A DNA stretch of 64,000 nt from contig CAWHSM010000004.1 of assembly GCA_963832045.1 (NCBI GenBank), positions 244,896-308,895 on the forward strand, read 5' to 3'. The translations under genes and the position numbers were made by a program. The stretch is from an uncultured Alphaproteobacteria bacterium. Lineage in GTDB: Bacteria > Pseudomonadota > Alphaproteobacteria > Rhizobiales > Xanthobacteraceae. The notes under the pieces are model-generated. The model saw only the letters and a list, made by a program, of their open reading frames with translations, ran no database searches and was not told the DNA's origin. How positions within the stretch are numbered: position 1 is the stretch's first letter; each line of letters starts with the position of its first letter. Of the stretch, positions 45,818 through 55,497 are shown piece after piece.

Positions 45818-46813
45818 CTAGCCAAACCGCTTTCGACGCCATTCGATCAGCTTCGCGCTGACCTCCTCCGGTTTTTCCTGCTGGGTCCAATGGCCGCTGC
45901 CGCGAACCAGGTATTTTTCCAGATCGGGAATCAGCCTTTCCATGCCGTCGGCGGCCGAGGGCGGCAACACCGCGTCATTCTCCGCCATGATCATCAACGC
46001 CGGCACCTTGACCGTATGATCGAGCCCGGCGGCGTGCTGCCAGTTGCGCGTCCAGTTCCGGTACCAGTTGATGCCGCCGGTGAAACCGGTCCGGGTGAAG
46101 GTATCGACGAACACCTTCATCTCGTCGGCCGAGAGGATCGGCTTGCGCGGGTCGTATTGGGCATCATAACCGGCGACCATTTGCGGAAACGCCAGATTGA
46201 GCCTGGTCGAAGCGCCGACACCCGCGGTTGCCGGTTCCGCAGGCAAGGCCTCCTTGCGCGGCATCGGCGCACGCATGAGAAAATCAAAGGTCTGCCCGAC
46301 GCGGCTGTCGAAGATCTTGTCGACCTCGCGCGCCGGATTTTGGAACTGCACGATATACATCTGCTCGCCGTAGCGCTTGCGCATCAATTCGATCGGCTCG
46401 GCCGGTGCGCGGTCATAATGCGGCGTATTGACGCCAACGACGCCCGCGACCCGATCGCGATGCCGAAGCGCCATCTGCCAGACGACAAAACCGCCCCAGT
46501 CGTGGCCAACGAAGATCGCTCTATCGATGTCGAGATGGTCGAGCAGGCCGACGAGATCGCCGGTCAAATGCTCCAGATCGTAGGCTTCGACCGCCTCGGG
46601 CCGTTCGGTCGCACCATAACCGCGCTGGTCCGGCGCGATCACCCGGATGCCGGCTTCGCCCAACGCCTTGATCTGGTGACGCCAGGAGAAGGCAATCTCC
46701 GGCCAGCCGTGGCAGAGGATCACCGGCGGCGTATCGGTTTTAGGACCCGCTTCGTAAAAGCCCATCCGAATTCCGTTGGTCTGGGCAAATTGCAGCGGCG
46801 GCATGTCGATCAT
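45818..46813 (-). CDS. Alpha/beta hydrolase, epoxide-hydrolase-like
   Basis: HGWPEIAFSWRHQI motif, nucleophile region GHDWGG; 331 aa. Confidence 0.85.
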   Translation of the reverse strand: MIDMPPLQFAQTNGIRMGFYEAGPKTDTPPVILCHGWPEIAFSWRHQIKALGEAGIRVIAPDQRGYGATERPEAVEAYDLEHLTGDLVGLLDHLDIDRAIFVGHDWGGFVVWQMALRHRDRVAGVVGVNTPHYDRAPAEPIELMRKRYGEQMYIVQFQNPAREVDKIFDSRVGQTFDFLMRAPMPRKEALPAEPATAGVGASTRLNLAFPQMVAGYDAQYDPRKPILSADEMKVFVDTFTRTGFTGGINWYRNWTRNWQHAAGLDHTVKVPALMIMAENDAVLPPSAADGMERLIPDLEKYLVRGSGHWTQQEKPEEVSAKLIEWRRKRFG

Positions 46814-46824
46814 CGGCGGAAATC

Positions 46825-48375
46825 CTACTCGGCCGCGCCCTTCACATCGGTTTGCGGCGGCGCAAAGGCCGCCTCCAGCGCGGCGAATTCCGCAGGGACC
46901 ATGTCACACAGCAACTGGACGTGCGGAATGATATTGGCGCCGGCGATAAAGCCGAAGTCGAGTTGATCGCGGTAGCTCTGCACGGTGATGTTGAGCGCCA
47001 ACCCGTGGGTTGAAATCGACACCGGGAAAATGTGCAGGAGTTCGGCGCCGGCTGCGTAAAGCGTCTGGCGCGGTCCTGGAACGTTCGAAACCGTGATATT
47101 GGCGGCCGGCGGCAAGACATCCGACAGGCTGGAGCGGCTGTACAGCAGCGCCAGGATCTGGACCAGGATCGGGGCGCCCAGCATCGAGACGTTCGAGATT
47201 TGCGGCATCAGCGCCCGAAGCGGATGCGACATCTCCTTCGATTTGATCGATTGCGCGATGATGGTCTCGAGCCGCGTCTTCGGATCCTCGACATTGGTTG
47301 CAATCGAACAGATCATGCCGAACACCTGATTGTTGGCGTCCGTATTGCCTTCTTCGCGCAGCGAGATCGGCACTCCCGCGGTCAACGATTTCGAAGGCAG
47401 TGCGCCGCGCTCCAGCAGATAGCGACGGACCACGCCGCTTGAGACCGCCAGCACGACGTCGTTGAGTTTGCCGCCGGCCGCTTTCGCAACCGTCTTGGCG
47501 CGGGACAGCGGAATCGAGACACCGGCAAAAGAGCGCTCCGACGAGATCTGTTTGTTCAGGATGGTCGGCGGCGAAATCATGCCGGCAATGCTGTCCCGCG
47601 CTTTCGGATCGGCGATCTTGCCGACCACCTCAGAGACGCTCTTGAGCAGGGTCGGAACATTGCCGACGAATTTCACCGCGTTCTCGATCTGGAACATCGC
47701 ATTGTCGAACAGGATCGATCCGAGATCGCTTTTGCCGGAGCGCGGCAGTTCGATGCCCTTGGCGGCGGCGGAAGCATCGAACGACTGGCGCCAAAGCTGC
47801 TGATAGGAATCAAGAAGAGTGGCGGCGATGTCGCGCGGCTCCTGGTCGACCTTGGCGGGCGCTGATGGCGGCTCGATTTCCCGGGGCGTCGGCGTCACAT
47901 CATAGATCATGTTGGTCAGCGCAGCGCCCGCGCCGCCGTCGATGCAGGCATGGTGCATCTTGGAATAGAGCCCGATCTCGTTGTCCTTCATGCCCTCGAA
48001 GACATAGAACTCCCAGAGCGGGCGGGCACGGTTCAAGAGCTTGGCATGCATCCAGCCGACGATGCGCTCGAGCGTGGCGCGGTCGCGCGGCGCCGGCAGG
48101 CTGGCGCGGAAGATGTGACGGTCGATATCGAACTGGTCGTCCTCGACCCAGGATGGATGGTCGATGTCGAGCGGCGCCTTTTCCAGCCGCGCCTTGAGGA
48201 TCGGCGCGATGTGCAGGCGCGAGGCGATCATCGCCTTGAAATCCTCGAAAAAGTCTCCCTTGTAGTCCTCTGGCAGGCGGAAGATCGCCATGCTTCCGAC
48301 ATGCATCGGCATTTCCGGCGTTTCCAGATACAGAAACGACGCGTCCATGGCGGACAGTTTTCTGGCGTCGCTCAT
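46825..48375 (-). CDS. Wax ester synthase / acyl-CoA:diacylglycerol acyltransferase (WS/DGAT)
   Basis: HHxxxDG active site (MHHACIDGGAG) and N-terminus MSDARKLSAMDASFLYLE. ATG at 48375 preferred. Confidence 0.9.
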   Translation of the reverse strand: MSDARKLSAMDASFLYLETPEMPMHVGSMAIFRLPEDYKGDFFEDFKAMIASRLHIAPILKARLEKAPLDIDHPSWVEDDQFDIDRHIFRASLPAPRDRATLERIVGWMHAKLLNRARPLWEFYVFEGMKDNEIGLYSKMHHACIDGGAGAALTNMIYDVTPTPREIEPPSAPAKVDQEPRDIAATLLDSYQQLWRQSFDASAAAKGIELPRSGKSDLGSILFDNAMFQIENAVKFVGNVPTLLKSVSEVVGKIADPKARDSIAGMISPPTILNKQISSERSFAGVSIPLSRAKTVAKAAGGKLNDVVLAVSSGVVRRYLLERGALPSKSLTAGVPISLREEGNTDANNQVFGMICSIATNVEDPKTRLETIIAQSIKSKEMSHPLRALMPQISNVSMLGAPILVQILALLYSRSSLSDVLPPAANITVSNVPGPRQTLYAAGAELLHIFPVSISTHGLALNITVQSYRDQLDFGFIAGANIIPHVQLLCDMVPAEFAALEAAFAPPQTDVKGAAE

Positions 48376-48429
48376 AGGTTCCTCCCGCGAACGGTGACGT
48401 GACACCTTGGCGGTGCTCTTGTCTGGCGT

Positions 48430-49230
48430 TCAGGATTGTGCCTGTTCCGGCGGCGCATATGCAATGGCAAAGGGCCCTGATCGGTCAAATTGGCTGAATT
48501 GACCTTCCCGCTGGGCCAGACGGTCGGCGACCGCCCACAATACCGCCGGGTTGACGCCAAGCCCCACATGGCTGGCGAGGTATACTTCGATGTTCTCCGC
48601 GGTCGTGGAGGGACGCAGCAGGCAGGTGCGCCAGTTCACCACGCCATCGGCGCGCGAAAAGATCGACGTCGCCGGAACCGGCAGGTCGCCCGAGAGCGCT
48701 TCCACAAGCTCCGGATCGTCGCCGACCGTTTCGCCTGATAACGCCTCGTAGAGCCGGGTCGCATTTGTCGCCCGCACGTCGTTCGCAAAGGGACTGCCAA
48801 GCGTCACGACATAGCGCACCATATCCGGCGCATGCAGCGCCAGATCACGCGCATAGACGCCGCCAAGACTCCAGCCGACAATGCTGACCTTGCGGTTGGT
48901 CGCGGCGTGGATTTCAGCAAGCCGCTCGCGCAATGCCGCGCGTACGCGTGAAAGGCCGCCAACATTGCGGCCCATCTGCCAGGCATGCGCGTCATATCCG
49001 AGCTCTGTCAGGTATCGGCGCATCGGCGCCATCGAGAGATCGCTGGCGAGGAATCCCGGCAGCGCCAGCACCGGGTGGCCGTCGCCCTTCGGCGCGCGCA
49101 GCAATAGCGGCGACAGCAGCAGGCTGGCGTTGAATTCGAATATGCCGCGCATCTCGGCCAGCAACAGGCCGAGACCCGGCGGACGAAGCCGGCTTCTCAC
49201 CGGTGTTTCGCCTCCGTCAGGCGGCGTCAT
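48430..49230 (-). CDS. Alpha/beta hydrolase (lipase/esterase-like), paralogue of 35914-36684
   Basis: Shares GDGHPVLALPG, GWSLGG, TLGSPF and AVADRLAQ.EGQ blocks with the 35914-36684 product. ATGA overlap with the upstream small ORF. Confidence 0.82.
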   Translation of the reverse strand: MTPPDGGETPVRSRLRPPGLGLLLAEMRGIFEFNASLLLSPLLLRAPKGDGHPVLALPGFLASDLSMAPMRRYLTELGYDAHAWQMGRNVGGLSRVRAALRERLAEIHAATNRKVSIVGWSLGGVYARDLALHAPDMVRYVVTLGSPFANDVRATNATRLYEALSGETVGDDPELVEALSGDLPVPATSIFSRADGVVNWRTCLLRPSTTAENIEVYLASHVGLGVNPAVLWAVADRLAQREGQFSQFDRSGPFAIAYAPPEQAQS

Positions 49231-49481
49231 TTTTTGTCAGGCGCGCGCGCGCCGCCAAGGCCGGTCATCGCCGCGAACATGTCACTAAACCGTTCGGCAA
49301 ACTTCGGGTCGAATGAGAGCCAGCTTTGCATCAGCGCCTCCGGCGAGACCTTCTGGATATTGTCCATCATCTGATGCTGGAGCTTTTCCATCACGGCCGT
49401 CTGCATCGGCTGCACATCCGGAAGCCCGAAAAACTGCCGCGCCTCCTGCGGCGTGCAGTCGATTTCAACGTTAACCTTCAT
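49227..49481 (-). CDS. Small conserved hypothetical protein (84 aa)
   Basis: ATG at 49481 (MKVNVEIDCTPQEARQFFGLPDV..). Non-repetitive composition and translational coupling (ATGA) to the hydrolase. The track ORF has an implausible upstream extension. Confidence 0.6.
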   Translation of the reverse strand: MKVNVEIDCTPQEARQFFGLPDVQPMQTAVMEKLQHQMMDNIQKVSPEALMQSWLSFDPKFAERFSDMFAAMTGLGGARAPDKK

Positions 49482-49718
49482 GGGTGCTCCCTGGGTGCGC
49501 TGATCACGTCGGCCAGTATCGCCACGAGACCCTGCGGGAAGCAAGCCGTCCGAAGGGCGAAAGCGGGATGTGATCAACGGAAGCGGTCGGTGGCAAAAGG
49601 GGCCGCGGGTGGCAGGAAATCGCCCTTGCACCGCAGCTAAACTCTGGCAACATGGATCGGCTGTTGATATCGCAATAGCCCAGTAACGGGCCACACCACA
49701 CGCGGAGAGCGTTCACCA

Positions 49719-51311
49719 ATGCCGGTACGTCAAATCCTGCTTGCAGCGACCATCGTCTCGATCGCCGCTTTTGCCGCGCCGGCTTCCAGCCAGACCTTGC
49801 GCTACGCCAACCAGGGAGAGCTCAAATCGCTCGATCCCTATACGCTCAAGGAAACCACGACCATCGCCCATCACGCCCATGTCTATGAGGGCCTGGTTAC
49901 ACGCGACAAGGAACTGAAGATCGCTCCGGCGCTCGCCGAGAGCTGGGAAATCCTGGAGCCGACGCGCTGGCGTTTCCATCTGCGCAAGGGCGTCAAGTTC
50001 CACAATGGCGATCCCTTCACCGCCGACGACGTGCTGTTTTCCGCCGAGCGCGTGCGCGCCAAGGGCTCGAACTTCCTGACCAACGTTCCCGCCGACGCCA
50101 AATTCGTCAAGGTCGACGACTATACCGTCGACGTGAAGCTCGACTCGCCCAATCCCATTCTGATTTCGCAATGGGACGGCTGGTTCATCATGGACAAGAA
50201 ATGGTGCGAGGAAAACAACTCGGTCGCACCCACACCGGCTTCCGCGACGACGCCGAGCTACGCCGCGCTGCACGAGAACGGCACCGGCCCCTTCTTCATC
50301 GAAAGCCACCAGCCCGGCGTGAAGACCGTGTTCAAGGTCAATCCGAACTGGTGGGGCAAACCGGAGCACAATCTCAAAGAAATTATCTTTACCTCGATCG
50401 GATCGGCCGCGACGCGGGTCGCAGCACTGCTGTCAGGCGACGTCGACGTGATCGAGCCGGTGCCGACGCAAGACATTCAGAGAGTGAATGCCGGCGGCAA
50501 CGCCACGGTTCTGGCCGCACCGGAAGTTCGTACCCTCTTCCTCGGCATGGACCAGGAGCGCGACGAACTGCTTTATTCCAACATCAAGGGCAAGAACCCG
50601 TTCAAGGATATCCGCGTTCGCGAAGCATTCTACAAAGCAGTCGACGTCGATCTGATCAAGAGCCGCGTGATGCGCGGCCTTTCAACGCCGTCGGCACTGA
50701 TGGTTGCGCCGCAACTCTTTCCGCTTTCAAAAGACTTCGTACGGCCGAAAGCCGATCCAGACGCTGCGAAGAAGCTGATGGTCGAGGCAGGCTATCCCGA
50801 CGGATTCGAAGTCACGATGGATTGCCCCAACGACCGCTATGTCAATGACGCCGATATTTGCCAGGCGGTGGTGGGCATGCTGGCGCGGATCGGGGTCAAG
50901 GTGAATCTGCTGGCGCAGCCGAAGGCGCAATATTTCGGCAAGGTACTCAAGCCGGGCGGCTACCAGACGTCGTTTTACATGCTCGGCTGGACGCCGGCCT
51001 CGATGGATTCCCACAACGTGCTGTACGATATCATGGGCTGTCACGATCCCAAGCAACCCACCCGTGGCGAAGCCAATCTCGGCGGCTATTGCAACAAGGA
51101 GCTCGACGCGCTGGCCGACAAGATCCTCGTCGAGCCCGACCTCGCCAAGCGCGACCAGATGATCAAGCAGGCCTTCGAAATCGGGATCAAGGATTACGGC
51201 TACATCCCGCTGCATCAGCAGGCGCTGGCGTGGGGTGTTTCGAAAAAAGTGAAAATAACCCAGCGCGCGGACAATCAGGTCCTGTTTTACTGGGCAACCA
51301 AACAGGAATAG
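49719..51311 (+). CDS. ABC transporter substrate-binding protein, family 5 (peptide/nickel, DppA-like)
   Basis: Signal peptide, then ..TLRYANQGELKSLDPY..; 530 aa. Confidence 0.88.
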   Translation: MPVRQILLAATIVSIAAFAAPASSQTLRYANQGELKSLDPYTLKETTTIAHHAHVYEGLVTRDKELKIAPALAESWEILEPTRWRFHLRKGVKFHNGDPFTADDVLFSAERVRAKGSNFLTNVPADAKFVKVDDYTVDVKLDSPNPILISQWDGWFIMDKKWCEENNSVAPTPASATTPSYAALHENGTGPFFIESHQPGVKTVFKVNPNWWGKPEHNLKEIIFTSIGSAATRVAALLSGDVDVIEPVPTQDIQRVNAGGNATVLAAPEVRTLFLGMDQERDELLYSNIKGKNPFKDIRVREAFYKAVDVDLIKSRVMRGLSTPSALMVAPQLFPLSKDFVRPKADPDAAKKLMVEAGYPDGFEVTMDCPNDRYVNDADICQAVVGMLARIGVKVNLLAQPKAQYFGKVLKPGGYQTSFYMLGWTPASMDSHNVLYDIMGCHDPKQPTRGEANLGGYCNKELDALADKILVEPDLAKRDQMIKQAFEIGIKDYGYIPLHQQALAWGVSKKVKITQRADNQVLFYWATKQE

Positions 51312-51331
51312 CAAGATAGGCGGCAAGCGGT

Positions 51332-51367
51332 CCCGGAAGTAAGTTCGGCTTCCGGGATTTGTCGTTT
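51332..51367 (+). terminator. Intra-operon stem-loop/attenuating terminator after the binding-protein gene
   Basis: CCCGGAAG-9 nt-CTTCCGGG followed by ATTTGTCGTTT. Confidence 0.5.
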
Positions 51368-51421
51368 CAGCGTAGTGATCTGATACGCACCTTTGGTAGC
51401 CGATGAAAATGAAGTAACAAG

Positions 51422-52402
51422 ATGCTCGCTTTCACGCTACGCCGGGCAATCCAGGCGATCGGTGTCATGATCGCCGTCGGGATCATCGCGTTCTCGATGT
51501 TCCGCTTCGCCGGCGATCCCGTGAGCCAGATCGTTTCCATCGATACATCGGCGACTGAGCGGGCCGAAATCAGAAAATCGCTCGGACTCGACGACCCCGT
51601 TCCGGTGCAGTTCGCCCGCTATTTCGCCAACGCCGCGCAATTCAAGCTCGGCGTCTCCTATCAGTTTCGCCTGCCGGTTGCCGACCTTCTGAAAGAGCGG
51701 ATGCCGGCCACGCTGGAACTCGCCACCTGCGCCACCATTCTTGCGATGGTCTTCGGCATCCTGATGGGGGTCTATTCGGCGCTGCGGCGCGACACGTTCC
51801 TTGCCCGGATCTTCCAGGCGGTTTCGCTGATCGGCATTTCGCTGCCGACGTTTCTGATCGGCATTCTCCTGATCTACCTGTTCTCGGTGACGCTCGGCTG
51901 GCTGCCCTCGTTCGGCCGCGGCGAGGTCGTGCGGCTGGGCTGGTGGACCACCGGCCTCCTGACGGTCTCCGGCCTCAAGGCCCTGATCATGCCCGCGATC
52001 ACGCTCGGCCTGTTCCAGATGACCCTGATCATGCGGCTGGTGCGGGCCGAGATGTTGGAGGTCTTGCGCACCGACTATATCCGTTTTGCCCGCGCGCGCG
52101 GATTGACGACCCGCGCTATCCATTTCGGGCATGCCCTTAAAAATACGCTGGTGCCCGTCATCACCGTAGCGGGCCTGCAATTTGGCTCGGTTATTGCATT
52201 CGCAATCATCACCGAGACCGTTTTCCAGTGGCCCGGCATGGGGCTTCTGTTCGTGCAGGCAGTACAAAATGTCGATATCCCGATCATGGCGGCCTATTTG
52301 CTGATGGTGTCGCTGATTTTCGTCACCATCAATCTCGTGGTGGACATCCTCTATACGGTGGTCGATCCGCGCTTGCGCGCGACCGTCGACCGCCCGGCGT
52401 GA
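51422..52402 (+). CDS. ABC transporter permease (DppB-like)
   Basis: 326 aa, 6 TM, binding-protein-dependent transport inner-membrane domain. Confidence 0.88.
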   Translation: MLAFTLRRAIQAIGVMIAVGIIAFSMFRFAGDPVSQIVSIDTSATERAEIRKSLGLDDPVPVQFARYFANAAQFKLGVSYQFRLPVADLLKERMPATLELATCATILAMVFGILMGVYSALRRDTFLARIFQAVSLIGISLPTFLIGILLIYLFSVTLGWLPSFGRGEVVRLGWWTTGLLTVSGLKALIMPAITLGLFQMTLIMRLVRAEMLEVLRTDYIRFARARGLTTRAIHFGHALKNTLVPVITVAGLQFGSVIAFAIITETVFQWPGMGLLFVQAVQNVDIPIMAAYLLMVSLIFVTINLVVDILYTVVDPRLRATVDRPA

Positions 52403-52419
52403 AGTTTGCGAGGTTTGCA

Positions 52420-53394
52420 GTGTCCGACGCCGCCCTCTCCCACAAGGCCAATTCGAACACTGCGCCAAGCCGCACCCACGCGACCGGCTGGTTTCGCCGC
52501 GGACTCGAAAGCGACATATTCTATTCGTTTCGCCGCTCCAGGCTCACCATGGTGGCCGGTGCGGTGACGCTGCTGTTCTTTCTGCTTGCGATTGCAGCAC
52601 CCCTTCTTGCGGTCCAGAATCCATTCGATCCGGCGCAGCTCCAGCTCCTGAATTCGCGGATCGAGCCGCTTTGGTTGGCCGACGGCCAAAGCCCATTCCT
52701 GCTCGGCACCGATGAGCAGGGCCGCGACGTCTTTTCCGCCATCCTCTACGGCCTGCGCATTTCGCTTGTTGTCGGCATCCTCGGCGTTTTGTTTTCGGGA
52801 ACGCTCGGCATCGTGCTGGGGCTGATCGCCGGCTATTTCGGCGGCGCAATCGACGGCCTGATCATGCGCATCGCCGACGTGCAGCTCACCTTTCCCGCCA
52901 TCCTGATCGCGCTGCTCGTCAACGGGGTCGCCAAATCGCTGTTCGGCAACCGGCTGGATGCGTTGAGCACGCTCGCGGTACTGGTCTTCGCGATCGGCCT
53001 GAGCTTCTGGGTGCAATATGCGCGCACCGTGCGCAGCTCCGTGATGGTGGAAAAGAACAAGGATTACGTCGCGGCGGCGCAACTGATCGGCCTGCCCGCG
53101 CCGGTGATCATGCTCCGGCACGTCTTGCCCAATGCGATGGGTCCGATCCTGGTGATCGCGACGATCAATCTTGCGCTTGCGATCATTACCGAGGCGACCT
53201 TGTCGTTTCTGGGCGCCGGCATGCCCGACACCATGCCGTCGCTCGGCACCTTGATCCGGATTGGCAACAACTATCTGTTCGCCGGCGAGTGGTGGATCGT
53301 GGCCTTTCCCGGCATCGCTCTTGCAGCGCTGATCCTGTCCATCAACCTGCTCGGCGACTGGCTGCGTGACGCCCTCAACCCGAAACTTCGATAG
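52420..53394 (+). CDS. ABC transporter permease (DppC-like)
   Basis: GTG at 52420 proposed, because the track ORF start at 52228 overlaps the previous permease. ..FLLGTDEQGRDVFSAILYG.. is typical of DppC/OppC. Confidence 0.85.
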   Translation: MSDAALSHKANSNTAPSRTHATGWFRRGLESDIFYSFRRSRLTMVAGAVTLLFFLLAIAAPLLAVQNPFDPAQLQLLNSRIEPLWLADGQSPFLLGTDEQGRDVFSAILYGLRISLVVGILGVLFSGTLGIVLGLIAGYFGGAIDGLIMRIADVQLTFPAILIALLVNGVAKSLFGNRLDALSTLAVLVFAIGLSFWVQYARTVRSSVMVEKNKDYVAAAQLIGLPAPVIMLRHVLPNAMGPILVIATINLALAIITEATLSFLGAGMPDTMPSLGTLIRIGNNYLFAGEWWIVAFPGIALAALILSINLLGDWLRDALNPKLR

Positions 53395-53409
53395 GAAGTC
53401 GAGGCGCGC

Positions 53410-54396
53410 ATGAGTGAACCGGTCCTTTCCGTGCGTAACTTGCGGGTCGAATTCGTCACCCGCCACGACGTGCTGCGCGCGATCGACGGCATTTCTTTCG
53501 ATATCGCCAAGGGCGAGGTGCTGGGCGTGGTCGGCGAATCCGGCGCTGGAAAGTCGGTGACGGGACTTGCGGTGATCGGGCTGATCGACCCGCCCGGCCG
53601 CATCGCGGGCGGCGAAATCTACCTGTCGGGCTCGCGGATCGACAATCTGCCGCCGGATGAGATGCGAAAGATCCGGGGCAAGCGGATTGGAATGATTTTT
53701 CAGGATCCGCTCACAAGCCTCAACCCGCTCTACCGGATCGGCGATCAGCTGATCGAAACCATCCGTACCCACACCAATCTTTCCGAATCGGCTGCGCGGC
53801 GCCGCGCCATCGATCTGCTCGCCGAGGTCGGCATTCCCGCGCCGGACAAGCGCATCGATGCTTATCCGCACGAATTCTCCGGCGGCATGCGCCAGCGCGT
53901 CGTCATTGCGCTGGCGATTTGCGCCGAACCGGAACTGATCATCGCCGATGAGCCGACCACCGCGCTCGACGTCTCGGTGCAAGCCCAGATCATCTCATTG
54001 ATCAAGCGACTAGGGCGCGATCACGGCACTGCCGTCATGCTCGTGACCCACGACATGGGCGTGATCGCGGAGACCTCCGACCGCGTCGCTGTGATGTATT
54101 CCGGCCGCATCGCCGAAATCGGTCCGGTCCGGGATGTCGTGCAAAATCCCTTGCATCCGTATGCCAAGGGCCTGATGGGCGCGATCCCGACGCTTGCAAG
54201 CGACGCAGCGCGCCTGGTCCAGATTCCGGGCACCATGCCGCGGCTTTCGTCGATCCCGCCGGGTTGCCCGTTCAACCCCCGCTGCGCCTTCGTTTTCGAC
54301 CGCTGCCGCAGCGAGCGGCCCGAACTCATCGCGCAGGGCACGCAGGCGGTCGCCTGTCATCTCTATGATGCCGCCACAAGGGACAACGCGGCATGA
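53410..54396 (+). CDS. ABC transporter ATP-binding protein (DppD-like)
   Basis: Walker A GESGAGKS, signature FSGGMRQR, oligopeptide C-terminal domain. Confidence 0.9.
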   Translation: MSEPVLSVRNLRVEFVTRHDVLRAIDGISFDIAKGEVLGVVGESGAGKSVTGLAVIGLIDPPGRIAGGEIYLSGSRIDNLPPDEMRKIRGKRIGMIFQDPLTSLNPLYRIGDQLIETIRTHTNLSESAARRRAIDLLAEVGIPAPDKRIDAYPHEFSGGMRQRVVIALAICAEPELIIADEPTTALDVSVQAQIISLIKRLGRDHGTAVMLVTHDMGVIAETSDRVAVMYSGRIAEIGPVRDVVQNPLHPYAKGLMGAIPTLASDAARLVQIPGTMPRLSSIPPGCPFNPRCAFVFDRCRSERPELIAQGTQAVACHLYDAATRDNAA

Positions 54397-55394
54397 CGCT
54401 AAAACCCTTTGTCGAGGTGAAAAATCTGCGCCGCGTCTTCGACGTTTCCAGGCCATGGCTCAATCGGGTTCTCGAAGGCGGGCATCTCGAGTTCCTCAAG
54501 GCGGTCGACGACATCAGCTTCGACATCGCCAAAGGCGAGACTTTTGCGCTTGTCGGCGAATCCGGTTCCGGAAAGACCACCGTGGCGCGCATGGTGGTCG
54601 GACTGTTGCCGCCGACCTCGGGCGACGTCGTCATCGACGGCGTTTCGATGATCGATCCCCGCCAGGCGCAGGCGCGCCGGAAATTGCGCCGCCGCATCCA
54701 GATGATTTTCCAGGACCCCTATGCGAGCCTCAATCCGCGGCTTCGGGTCGATGCCATTGTCGCTGAACCGATCCGCGCCTTCGACCTGATCCAGGGCGAG
54801 GCCGACATTCGCGCCCGGGTAGGCGAATTGCTCGCCCTGGTCGGCCTTCATGCCGATGACGGCTGGAAATATCCGCACGAATTTTCCGGAGGCCAGCGCC
54901 AGCGCATCGCGATTGCCCGCGCGCTCGCATCCGAGTCCGAGCTTATCGTCTGTGACGAGCCGACTTCCGCGCTCGACGTCTCCGTGCAGGCGCAGATCCT
55001 CAATCTGATGCGCGATCTGCAAGACAAGTTCGGCCTCACCTATCTCTTCATCAGCCACAACCTTGCCGTGGTCCGGCACATGGCGAAACGGATCGGCGTA
55101 ATGTATCTCGGCCGCATCGTCGAGATCGCGGAAGCCCACCGGCTGTTCGACGAGCCGCGAATGCCCTATACCAAGATGCTGCTCGGCGCGGTGCCCGACC
55201 TCGCAATGTCGGGCCGCCAGCGCATTCCGGTGAAAGGGGAGATTCCGAATCCGATCAACCCGCCCGCCGGCTGTTCCTTCAATCCGCGCTGCCCGCTGGC
55301 CTTCGATCTCTGCCGCCGCAAGACGCCGGAACTGATCGACGGCGTCGCATGCCATGCCGTCAACAGCCCCGCTGAGGCTGCGATGGCCGTATGA
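54393..55394 (+). CDS. ABC transporter ATP-binding protein (DppF-like)
   Basis: Walker A GESGSGKTT, signature [12 protein letters not shown] overlap with the previous gene. Confidence 0.9.
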   Translation: MTLKPFVEVKNLRRVFDVSRPWLNRVLEGGHLEFLKAVDDISFDIAKGETFALVGESGSGKTTVARMVVGLLPPTSGDVVIDGVSMIDPRQAQARRKLRRRIQMIFQDPYASLNPRLRVDAIVAEPIRAFDLIQGEADIRARVGELLALVGLHADDGWKYPHEFSGGQRQRIAIARALASESELIVCDEPTSALDVSVQAQILNLMRDLQDKFGLTYLFISHNLAVVRHMAKRIGVMYLGRIVEIAEAHRLFDEPRMPYTKMLLGAVPDLAMSGRQRIPVKGEIPNPINPPAGCSFNPRCPLAFDLCRRKTPELIDGVACHAVNSPAEAAMAV

Positions 55395-55497
55395 TCACAG
55401 CCCAGCCGGTGCCAGTTGGCAGAGCGCCCCACCTGTGGTCAATTGCGCCGCCTCGCCGCCTCTACGCATCCGAAAAAACGTCAAACTGCGGACACCC

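Noticed and set aside
52351-53982. 543-aa ORF on the minus strand across the ABC permease and ATPase genes
   Set aside because: It is antisense to two well-supported ABC genes and has low-complexity Arg/Asp/Gln-rich content. The same reasoning applies to 51437-52468, 54399-55355, 55462-56445, 56996-57916, 57808-58821, 58767-60125 and 61131-62108.
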